From positions 37,820,001-37,884,000 of the forward strand of contig OX597836.1 in NCBI GenBank assembly GCA_951406725.2: a stretch of DNA of 64,000 nucleotides, written 5' to 3'. How positions within the stretch are numbered: position 1 is the stretch's first letter; each line of letters opens with the position of its first letter. The notes under the pieces were generated by a model. The model was given only the letters and a program-made list of their open reading frames with translations, had not been told where the DNA came from and made no database searches. The translations under genes and the position numbers were made by a program. This document shows positions 12,836 through 24,056 of the stretch, in pieces. This stretch comes from Octopus vulgaris. Taxonomy: Eukaryota.

Positions 12836-13272
12836 TGTCTTGTTTGGTATAAAAGACAGATTACAGCAAATATTTTGCTCAATACAACAGATTTGTTTGT
12901 CAGTTGTTTGACTATAATCAGTTGAGCATGTCCCTTAGTGGCTGACGATATGTGCCTTTCTGATCACGAACAGAAGTATTGGGGGAACATCATAGCCATG
13001 TGTTGAAAGGAATTCTCTGGGATTTGGATAATTCACCTCTGGAAACATGGGCGTTTCGTTCAACATCCTTAAACAACCCTTACTCAAACTGAAGAAAATT
13101 CTTATTGGGCCCCACCTGCAAGGTCATGTGCCGTTTACTTTGATATGAGATCATGTGATGCATGTGCCTGGTGTACCCTTATCAGACGGGTAGTGATGAT
13201 GGGTATACTGGGCTTCGTTTATTTTACCCCAGTGCTCTCTCAATAATAATAATAATAATAATAATGATGATG

Positions 13273-13309
<37 letters not shown>

Positions 13310-13449
13310 TAATAATGATAATAATAATGATAATAATAATAATAGTAATAATAGTAATAATAATGATAACAATAATGATAATGATAATAATAATAATGAT
13401 AATGATGATAATAATAATAATAATGATGATAATAATAATAATAATGATG

Positions 13450-13516
<67 letters not shown>

Positions 13517-13533
13517 TAATAATAATACTAATA

Positions 13534-13576
<43 letters not shown>

Positions 13577-13716
13577 TAATAATAATAATAATGATAATGA
13601 TGATGGCAAGAACTGCTCTCTCACTCAATAATAATAATAATAATAATGATGATGATAATAATGATAATAATAGTAATAATAGTAATAATAGTAATAATAA
13701 TAATAATTAATAATAA
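12283..13716 (+). mobile_element. Chain of 5'-truncated retroposon 3' ends (family C), each followed by (AAT)n
   Basis: Homologous copies 12283-12757, 12836-13240 and 13601-13627 all end at ..ctctc(tcact)caataataat. Further pieces at ~14180-14330 and 49665-49780. Confidence 0.8.
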
Positions 13717-14064
13717 TTTAACAAGCACCATATGTAAGACAGGGTACGCTATTTATAACACTGAGTAAAACATTGAAAATTTTATCGCGAAAAAGTGATT
13801 GGCTGAAAGAAAGAAACGAAATTGTTCAAACTGAGTCAGACCTAAAGATTACGTTACAATATTTTCAGTAAATGTTGCTAGTATAACTAGGACGTTATAC
13901 ATGCCATAGAAAACATCATAAAGGATAGCAGGTTGTTGTGCCTTTTCTGAATTATTGCAACAAAGATAACCAGTGATTTACTTTATGTAACATATTTTTG
14001 TCTTTACTCTGTAAGTGTTATTTCCTGTTACCTTTTATCTAGATATCAATGGAAATAACTACTA

Positions 14065-14361
14065 TTCCCTTCAAACTTTGCTTTTCTCACCTGGACATCA
14101 ATATTATGAAACTGACATATTTTACGTTAAATTTCAGACAGATTCAGTGCTGAGTTACTAACGCAGAAATATCGTTATAATAAATATTCTGTTCAGTACC
14201 ACAGATGTGATTGTCAGTTACTTGACCTTAACCACTTGAACATATCCCTTAGTGACTGAAAATATGTGCATCTCTGCTCATGAGCAGAAGTAGTGAGGAA
14301 ACATTGAGAGGGATTCTTTGGGGGTTTGAATAAATATAACAAAAGCAAAGTTTGAAGGGAA
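14065..14361. mobile_element. 21-bp perfect inverted repeats enclosing a family C fragment
   Basis: TTCCCTTCAAACTTTGCTTTT (14065-14085) / AAAAGCAAAGTTTGAAGGGAA (14341-14361). Confidence 0.6.
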
Positions 14362-14410
14362 ATATCAGCCATTTTTTCATACATAGGTCACGTGTTAAGG
14401 TTATATCTAC

Positions 14411-14540
14411 AGATACTCTATAGAAATTATAGCCAGCACTGATTTTCGTTACGACGTTTCGTATCCGAGACCTCAGATCATATCGGATACGAAATGTCGT
14501 AATAAAAATTAATGTTGGTTATAATTTCTATAGAATATCT
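14411..14540. repeat. Palindrome with 58-bp arms and 14-nt spacer
   Basis: 14411-14468 versus 14483-14540; 8 mismatches, all transitions. Confidence 0.9.
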
Positions 14541-15189
14541 AGGACACAGTGTTGACTTATAAAAGGTATTATATACTCTATAGTATATTATGGATGCATA
14601 ACGAAATACCGGGTATCTACAAATTATTAGGGGTAAGCAAATAGGAAATAACAGCTACTAGGGTAAGAAAATAGGAGGGATACGCAAATAGGAAATAACA
14701 ATTACTACCCAAAGACAAACGTCGTGTTACACGCTGTGTTATGTGTCTACAAACAATTCAGGCAGACATTTAATACACTAATCTTTACCTTGTTTCTATC
14801 ATTGGACTGTAGTCGCGATTGGGTACCCTCTTGAAGAGATTTAGTCGAACAAATGAACCCCAGTACTTATAATTTTATAGTCTGGTACTTATTCTATAGG
14901 TTTCTTTTGCCAAACCGCTCTGTTGCGGAGTTGTAAACAAAGCAACACCGGTTATCAAACGGTGAGGGACAAACACAATGACACACTCATATTTATGTGT
15001 GTGTGCGTGTGTGTGTGTATGTACAGTTTCCGTCTACCAAATTCACTCGCAAGGCATTAGTCGACCCAGGGATATAGTAGAAGACATCTGTCCGAGGTGC
15101 CGTGCTGTGGGACTGAACCTAAAACCCTGTGGTTGCAAAACGAGCTTCTTAACCACACATCCATGTCTTCACGTATGCTGATATTTTGC

Positions 15190-15757
15190 TTCCAAATTTT
15201 GACACAAGACCAGTAATTTCGGGGGAGGTGCTAAGTCGATTACTTCGACTCCAGTGATCGACTGGTACTTATTTTATTGACCTCAAAAGAATGGAAGGTA
15301 AAGTCGACCTAGGCGGAATTTGAACATAGAACGTAAACGCAGGCAAAAAAACCTATTTCTTTACTACCCACAAGGGGCTAAGCACAGAGAGGACAAACAA
15401 GGACAGACAAACGGATTAAGTCGATTACATCGATCCCAGTGCGTAACTGGTACTTAATTAATCGACCCCGAAAGGATGAAAGGCAAAGTCGACCTCGGCG
15501 GAATTTGAACTCAGAACGTAGCGGCAGGTGAAATACCTATTTCTTTACTACCCACAAGGGGCTAAACACAGAGAGAACAAACAAGGATAGACAAACGGTC
15601 GATTATGTGGACCCCAGTGCGTAACTGGAACTTAATTTATCGACCCCGAAAGTATGAAAGGCAAAGTCGACCTCGGTGGAATTTGAACTCAGAACGTAAA
15701 GACAGACGAAATACCGCTAAGCATTTTGCCTGGTCTGCTATCGATTCTGCTAGTTGC
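15190..15757 (-). mobile_element. SINE family B with two 184-bp internal modules
   Basis: Junctions cctatttc at 15352 and 15536. The outer head and terminal body are more diverged than the inner modules. Confidence 0.88.
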
Positions 15758-16201
15758 TTATATTAGCTATCAATAATGGATAAAGCAATGAAATTGGTGA
15801 AAATTGTTTGATAAACAGTAGCTGTTAAAATAAGATTACAACTAAATAACAATGAATTGTGATATATTTTACGTTCGTGCCAGTCTTGACCTAAAATATA
15901 AGTTTTTTTTTTTGTTATGTTCTTGTTTAGTCATTTTCCCTGTCCCAAGCAGCCCCATTCTTTGGTCATTGTTTCACATAAAACTAGGGCAAGTATTTCT
16001 ATTCTCTATGGAACATTGTTAAGTACCACTTGAAGAAATTATAGGCACTGATTCTGTTTATAGCAAACAGACTCTGTTATGTCTTTGTCTAATCAAGAGT
16101 GTCCTATTGAAAAGAACTGAAACTAAATTTTCAGTACGAGAAGCACTATTTCCAAACGACGAACCGTGTTTGTTGTTAAATAGTTGTCTTACTTCGTGAA
16201 A

Positions 16202-16292
<91 letters not shown>

Positions 16293-16306
16293 CATACATA
16301 CATACA

Positions 16307-16399
<93 letters not shown>

Positions 16400-16611
16400 T
16401 TATTGAAATGGATAAATGAATTATCTTGTTACGGATTATTCAAAATTTAACCGATACCTGGGTAGCAAAAATCACAACAGAAAAAACACGGTTGAGGTTA
16501 CGACCATGGGGTGTCGCAACCGTACCTTAGCGCGGATAATTGAAGTTTTATATATTTAGTGAAGGGAAGAAATGGAGCTGAACGAAGATTCTACAAAATT
16601 CCTTTTTATTA

Positions 16612-16695
16612 TTTTCTACACATGTTTCAAAGGCTGCAAATTTCCAAATTCGGATTGAATAAAGGGACCATTTTGCAGCTTTCTCTTCAGGAAAA
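16612..16695 (-). ncRNA. Type I hammerhead ribozyme (left arm of palindrome)
   Basis: Mirror copy of 16893-16975. Confidence 0.8.
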
Positions 16696-16892
16696 ACCAG
16701 AAATATAAATCTCCAAACAAATGCGCAGCAAGCTATTCGAACAAAACGCTCCCTAGGAGCCCATGGTAAAGCACAAAACTGTCTCTCAATTGAGGCACAT
16801 TGAGAGACAGTTTTGTGCTTTACCATGGGCTCCTAGGGAGCGTTTTGTTCGAATAGCTTGCTGCGCATTTGTTTGGAGATTTATATTCTGGT

Positions 16893-16975
16893 TTTTCCTG
16901 AAGAGAAAGCTGCAAAATGGTCCCTTATTCAATCCGAATTTGGAAATTTGCAGCCTTTGAAACATGTGTAGAAAA
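16893..16975 (+). ncRNA. Type I hammerhead ribozyme (right arm of palindrome)
   Basis: TTTTC CTGAAGA GAAAGCTGCAAA-loop-TTTGCAGCCTTT GAAA CATGTG TA GAAAA. Intact core, 5-bp stem I, 12-bp stem II with one mismatch, GUA site (cut after 16970), AATAAA at 16977-16982. Confidence 0.8.
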
Positions 16976-17023
16976 TAATAAAAAGGAATTTTGTAGAATC
17001 TTCGTTCAGCTCCATTTCTTCCT

Positions 17024-17086
<63 letters not shown>

Positions 17087-17145
17087 GCACATATACATAC
17101 ATACATGTATATATACATATATACATATTTTTATGTATTTGTATG

Positions 17146-17181
<36 letters not shown>

Positions 17182-17267
17182 TAGACAGAGACAGACAGAC
17201 AGAAGGGAAGACAGAGACAGAGAAAGAGAAAGAGAAAGGGATGCAGATAAACATGATTAGGCTTGCC

Positions 17268-17308
<41 letters not shown>

Positions 17309-17759
17309 CATAAACATTAAACACCTGTTTCCATACTGAGCATTTGTAGCTCTCACCTTTTAACTATATAAATATATTCTTTTACTTGTTACAGTCATTT
17401 GACTGTGGCCATGCTGGAGTACCGACTTGAAGGGTTTTTAGTCGAACAAAACGATCCCAAGACTCATTTTTTAAGCCTGGTATTTATTCCATCGGTATCT
17501 TTGGCTGAATCGCTCTCTTACGGGGACGTAAACATTAGCGCTTCCATAGATTTGTAGTAATCATCAAATTTTAAAATGTATTTAACTGATATTTGAGTTC
17601 TTAAGAGCTGTAAAAAATTGACCAACTTCTTTTTTGTACAGTCATATTAAGTTTTTCAAATGAAGAAGAACTTAATATGACTGCACAATGATTAAAAAAG
17701 TGAATATTCTATGTGTATTCTCTGTTTTCTTTAAACTATCATATATATATATATATATA

Positions 17760-18861
17760 AGACAAAATAGAGTGAAAAAACTACAGAAGACTTGTGTTAT
17801 GCGGTTAAATAATATATTTAAATCGCTATGTTAGAAAAATGTTAGAAAATTTTGTGTATAGTAACATTGTTTTGGGAGAATGACCGGTTTCGTATTTTCT
17901 TTTCAAATTACTCAATTTCTTTACTGGTATTGTGTCATCTCTTCGCTATGATGTGAAGTATAAAAGTTCCAGAGAGGGGAAGGTAATCAGGGATTTTTTC
18001 GGTATTAGGAAGATATCAAAAATGTTGGGAATGACTAAGTTTTATTAATTTAACAGGATTTGGTTTAGAAAGATTAGAATGTTAGAAGTGGTTAAATTTT
18101 GATTTATATTTTTTTTCAATGAGGTAAGTTTCCTTATTTTAAAATGCTAGAAATGGTTAAGTTTTGGCTTATATTTTTCAATGAAGTAGGTTTCCTTTTT
18201 TAATCTTATTGTTGGTGTTCCAATTGCACATTGATAAAATGGAAAGATTACAAATTGTGGTAGCAGTTGCTTTGCGCATCTCCCAAAGTATTTACTAAAG
18301 GGTATCATTCTGTATTCTGGGACTGCTATCTGCTGTCGGTGTAGAGTGCATCTGCGTCTGAGCGATAATCCCGTGGACCCTATGTAGCCTTGGTGGCAGC
18401 CCGAGCATCTTTTAACATAAATCAAGTTTTCTGAAGCACAAGTGAAGTCAGATTTGATTTTGAATTTTTGTCCCTCTTTGAAAAGGAATTCTGATTCTTC
18501 TAAAAGATTTGGGCATGTTGCGCAATTTGGGCGACTACATTTTTTCACTTTGCATACGTAATTTTAGAAAATGATTTTGCCTTTGGGAGGAGGATCTTTT
18601 TTAGTGATTTCGGTTGATTGTGGCCTTTAATGATCTCATGTGTGTGTGAAATTTCCTTTAATTTGGGGTCCTTATATAGCATTCATAAACTTGGGGTGAT
18701 GATGGTGAAGGCTTCTTTGTTTCTGGAGTTGTATGTGGATATGTACGGCAGCATTTTCGGTGTTGCTATGTTGAACTTTTCTTAAGGTTTTTATGTCGAT
18801 TTGTATTGCACCTCTGATTCCATCCTCTATGAGTTGAACTGGGTAGTGTCTGTCAATCAGG

Positions 18862-18864
<3 letters not shown>
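17760..18864 (-). mobile_element. 5'-truncated Penelope-like retroelement between (TA)n tracts
   Basis: RT C-terminal remnant LIDRHYPVQLIEDGI..LPYISTYN, then the GIY-YIG ORF, a short tandem duplication of the ORF end (~18080-18145), and a decayed hammerhead half GTA..TAC GAAA CCGG TC at ~17878-17920. Confidence 0.9.
18147..18548 (-). pseudogene. GIY-YIG endonuclease domain of a Penelope-like element
   Basis: CSRPNCATC Cys-rich linker, NLIY..CSGC..GYIGST (GIY-YIG), R..LH, E.YFI..YKPKLN. The upstream RT frame is disrupted. Confidence 0.92.
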
Positions 18865-18933
<69 letters not shown>

Positions 18934-21355
18934 CACCAGATATAAATTGGAATTATTTTATTTTAATTTATATAAGATTGCAGAAACTATGCATAGTCTA
19001 GGAAAAATAGGGTAAATGTTTTTATTTTACATTCTCTTTCAGAATTGCATCTATTAGTGGCTTGGAGTTTTAACTGCTCTTTCTAGTCACTCAGATATCC
19101 TATTATTGGTTATCTCTTATGTGTTTGAATGTACACTGTATTCTTCTATATATATATGGTGTTAGGCCATGACGTAAAATATTTTAATTTATCTATATAA
19201 CAGCAGCGGTGTACGAACATATTTTGTTGGAACCAATTCAAATAATTACTTTTTTGTTTCTGTTCTTATGTTATAATACTAATGTGCATTTTTATATACC
19301 TATGTATCGATTAATTTTTCTGTAGTTTATTAACGTTATCAAAGGAATATATTATCAAACAAATGTTAATATATCTTGTGAAACATCAATAATTTCAATA
19401 TTTCTCTGACGTTTTATTGGCGTATTAATAATTCTCTTCTTTAAAAGATATTATTACTCTTTATTCAACAACGCACCGATGTACACTAACAGATTTAATT
19501 GCTTCAGTTTTCAGTAACCAAAGGTATCCATTGACAAGTGGATAGTTCTGTTGATTTGGGGAGAGGAAATATTTTTCTATAATGCCGGTTTCAAATTTTT
19601 AGCACATGGCCATCAAGTCACTACATCAACATCCTCCCCGAAGTGTTTTGTCTGGCACAGTAATGATTCCTCCCGCTCGCCGCTCCTATTATATTGATCT
19701 CAGTAGTTGATTTAGTACTTATTTTGTCAATGACGGATGAATGACAACGAAGATCTTGTTATTTGAACTCAAAATGTAAACGACCGTAAATTAAATATTG
19801 CAAGGCATTTTGCCAACACTCCACAGGTTCTGTCAATTGAACGGTTTTTCTGTTAATAAGTACAAGAATATGTAAGTACATACATTATTTTGCATGTGTA
19901 TATGCGTGCATATGAGTACCCGTGAAAGATACGTGGCCTTCAGCACACAATGTTTGACACCCTATCATAAAATTGTGAAATGCCTTGCACAGTCTTTTCA
20001 GTTGAATTGATTACCAGCCAAGCAATTACAGAACGCTCTTGGATCGTTGCATGGACACAATGGACTACTTTGTACTTAATTGTGCTTTCTTTTGTTGTAC
20101 CCTTGGTCGTACAATTTAACAAAATTGTTTATTATACGGTTCCCCGCTCCTTCAATTGATAAACATTATCTCTCTATTGCACCGAGCTGACGATACTTAG
20201 CGACAGAGCCAGGGAGTGAAATACAAATCGGTCGCATAAAAAATAAAATCTCTCTAACAAGATACTTTCGACTTATTTATTATTACGGTACTTTCTGTCA
20301 TGCATTTCGAATCTCCAGCCGAAAATTTACTGCCAAAAGGAAAGGCAAGTGGACCAAGATGACTTTGGAGGCCCCGAAGTTCCATAAGAAATGCAAGAGG
20401 ATTTGATTTGGAAAGATAGTGACGATGTTTGAATGTTTACACTACATGTTTACACTATAAACTGCGTCGATTTGTATGCTGAAAAATACGGCAGTCCGAT
20501 AATCTTTCAAACCTTCTACCCATAATGTTGGTAACTGAAAAGAAGGCAAAATTTTTATAATATCTCACATATCGAGAATAATTTTTTCGTATAGATATAA
20601 TGTATAATACTTGAAATGCTATTAAAAAATGTCACTCAGCAATCATACAAGTTCTGCTTTCCGGTTATCAAATTACTAAATCCTTTAAAAGAATATCCTG
20701 TTAAATAAACACGGAAACATAGACCTTTAATTTCTTTTAAATAAGTAATTCATAGCTTGCTTTATAAACTTCTAATTACATGAATGCCAGATTATCGAAG
20801 ACTGAGTTTTGGGGAATAATTATTGCTACGGTTATGGAGGTAACATCTATGCAATTACCTCCTAGTTTCCCTCTGTTTTGTTGGGGTTGAGGTTTGATCT
20901 CTCTACATATAAAACAAGAGAATAGTGCCGACGCTTTCTTCAAAGTTTTCTTTTCCTGTTAGAATATTAAAAGGAAAACATCTAAGGATACTTACGAAAA
21001 TCTGTCTAAAATTTCCAAAATTGTCTACTATGATTTTAGTAATTATTAAAACCATTCCTCTGTAAATGAATTTATATACGAGATAGGAATTTGTGGGAAA
21101 TGATGTAAAATAGAATACCTAACTTTACGTTTATATCACTGTTCTGGATATTCTTGTTCGTTTTTCCATAAGATCATTCATACATTCGTGAACTCAGACG
21201 ATTTGACCGGGAATTCTTGACAAGTCCAACACAAGCATGAAGCGCTCTGTTACACATTAAATAGACGTGGACGGAATTGCTAATGTGGTGGAGACTCTGA
21301 ACGTCCGAAGCTTATCCTTCTGCTTAGTTTATCTGATTTTAAATAGTTAAGATGC

Positions 21356-21408
21356 GTCCCCAAAGTCCATCCCCTCCTCACCGTGGTGGGGACGCTAGCA
21401 ACGGATAG
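21356..21408 (+). ncRNA. Candidate minimal HDV-like ribozyme
   Basis: P1 GTCCCCA/TGGGGAC (7 bp), P2 ATCC/GGAT, P3 CC/GG, L3 TCCTCACCGT, G after P1', J4/2 CAAC. G1 is the first base after the TSD. Confidence 0.65.
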
Positions 21409-21730
21409 TGTCAGAGCTATGCCGTCGGGAACTTCGGTTCCTGGTAGGGCCACCCAAGGCGGATTGGTCTGACACCGAGTGGTATTAGGGCCACAACCCG
21501 GCAGACGGGGCTCTGCTGAAAATCCTCGGAGTGTCTGTTTCGGTAACCGGCGGCTCCTCGGTCGTTCTGTCTCTGCGTCTGCGGACAATCTGCGGCAAAC
21601 AGGATGTCTCCACATGCGAGATTGATGGGGACCGCTTGTGAAATCCACATATTCCCACGAAACTTCTTCCATGAGTAGAAGAAGCCGACTCAACCCGCCC
21701 AGGGTGAATGTCGCCACAAGTACAAGTAAG
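21356..21730 (+). mobile_element. Non-autonomous bipartite RTE-clade retroposon (5' UTR joined to 3' end)
   Basis: 8-bp TSD TAAGATGC (21348-21355, 21731-21738); RTE-type 5' UTR motifs cgtggtgg..gagctatgccgt..agggccacccaag; short-repeat tail CAAGTACAAGTAAG; GC-rich against its flanks. Confidence 0.8.
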
Positions 21731-23069
21731 TAAGATGCTATGCTACCTTTCCCGTTGAGATAGATCTCTCGCCAATGAGGCTTTCCGATGACTGATTTGA
21801 TACTTCGACGTGAAAAACATCAGCTCAATGCTTAAATGTACTCAAGATGAGCAGGGGTAACAAATTCGAAATCTCAGTTAAGTATAATTAGATTTACCGT
21901 ATGCTGTGTATAAAGAAAGTTATAACACGAGGACCAATATTAATTGAATTTCATCTTTAGAAACCGCAATGACAATTGTGAATATGTTCTGGTCACATTA
22001 AAGCTTCTCAGCGAAGCGTAGGAATTACAACCGTGTTTCGTGGTCTGCTACCACAATAGCTCCTTTATAGGATCCAGTTAGCTCAAGACATCATCAGGAG
22101 GAACCACGTCTGGTTTCGGCCCCTACTCCTCTACCGTTTTGACGTGGCAGGGCCCCTACTTTCGGAGGTGTCTTTAGCTCTGGTGTTTGATGCATGTCTT
22201 CTTTCTTCTTCTGTTCCCTGGCCTCTTTGATGTATCGTCAGCGAGTGTCAGCCGGTGACTGACTGACTTGTCAAATTTTTCCCTTTAACTACCTGCTGCT
22301 AGGCTCCAGCGGGCAGCCCCAGTGATAAGATAATTACTAACTATATCGGTGAACAATAAGATACACAAGTTGGTATGGCAGCAGAGAACAACGACGGGAG
22401 AAATTATCGAGGGACGTTATACTCCCAGAAAACAAATAGTTAAATCAGAGCGAACATATGTAATGTAATATGCAAAAGCAAGTTTATTAAATGGACACCC
22501 CTGATCCATTATATTATAATGTCAGGGATTATTTTCATGGTTTTTATCTCAAACTACAAATTCTGTAGCAAAGCTAGCCCACCCAATATTTTTATGGAAT
22601 TTTTTTTAGAAAACACTTGGCGTGTTACTCTATAAAAAAATAAATTATTGCTGCAATAAATGTCAGAAGAATTTATTTTAACCTCAAATTTTCTGTATAG
22701 GACTGCAGTTCTGATAAGATAAACATTAGCGTTCTATCATTGCATGAATTTTGCGAGGGAGATTTTTAAAAAATAAAATAATAAACTTCAAAATTGTTTA
22801 ACTGATAAAGGAATATCAAATAATCTTTAGGAAAAAACAAGTTCAATAAGTATCAATTTTATTTTAAAAGGAGCAGTTATCCAACATTAGCTCAACACGT
22901 TGTAAATGACTGATAACCGAGTATGTTTTCCTTGCAAAAGGCCGAGAAATGCCTTCTTGTTTCTCTTTGCTATATATAGAAATATGATTGCACTCTTACT
23001 GCAAACGTTGTTGAGCGACTCAGTAAACACGAATCAGTATAAAACTTATACCAGTATGATTTTAAGTAA

Positions 23070-23260
23070 GGCGGCGGTGAGATGGCGGAATCGTTAGCAC
23101 GCCGGACAAAATGCTTAGCTACATTTCGTCCGTCTCTACGTTCTGATTTGAAATTCCGGTGTTGTCGACTTTCTCTCATCTTTTCGGGGTCGATGAAAAT
23201 CAATACCAGTTGAGCACTGGGCCGACTTAGTCGATTAAAACCCTTCCTCAAAATTTCCCA
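23070..23260 (+). mobile_element. SINE family B, diverged monomer
   Basis: ggcggtgagatggcggaatcgttagcacgccgg..catcttttcggggtcgat. Other old copies at ~34160-34970 (cluster), 50412-50560, 50715-51055 and 52700-52910. Confidence 0.8.
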
Positions 23261-23391
23261 CCATATGCCTACAGTGAGAAGTACTCAAATTTTAAATAAA
23301 CTGTTTTGTTAATAAGGAAGGTTCTTGACATGTAAGGCTGCTTGTTGTAGCCCGATGTTGGGATTCTTTTCTTTTCCAACATTCTTGAGTG

Positions 23392-23469
<78 letters not shown>

Positions 23470-24028
23470 TCGCCCAGACAATAATCAAGGATTGGGAAAA
23501 AACACCGGAAAATGGTTAAAGTACAAAGATCTCGAAATGGAAGTATTCAAGATGTGGAGCATGGAGGGGAAAACAATACCAATACTAATTAGAACATTGG
23601 GTAGGATAAAAAGAATATGAACAAAAACGTAGACGCTATACTTGCACTCTCAACACTAAACACTATCCAAAAAAATTGCCCTGCTAGGAACAGCGCACCT
23701 CCTACACATGACACTATCAATTCAATAATACAACTGAAACAAAACAATCCACAAACATTAGACACACACTGTATGGCAAATATCACATAAAATAAACAAC
23801 CACCAGTTGGTCAAATACCCAACACATTACACACACAACACTCAATACAAACACAAACACAAAAAATGCTGCACCAGACCCATAACAAAAGAAACTGACG
23901 CAATGTAATACAGGGAAGAATTTGCACACCCCAACAACAAAATGAACACACAATGCTGCACACGTTCCAGCAACATGGTGATGTAGCAGGTGATGCAATA
24001 GAAATTTGTGTGAAACTACCAAATGTTG
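23470..24028 (+). mobile_element. Older decayed R4/Dong-type LINE 3' fragment in (TAA)n
   Basis: Frameshifted peptides RPD.., KYKDLEMEVFKMWSM..KTIPILI..LG and KIALLGTAHLL; (TAA)n on both sides. Confidence 0.8.
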
Positions 24029-24056
24029 AATAATAATAATAATAATCATAATAATA

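Larger units (their letters stand above)
16557..17029. repeat. Near-perfect palindrome (234/231-bp arms, 8-nt loop)
   Basis: 16557-16790 versus 16799-17029; the only differences are three 1-nt homopolymer indels. TA-rich flanks. Confidence 0.97.
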
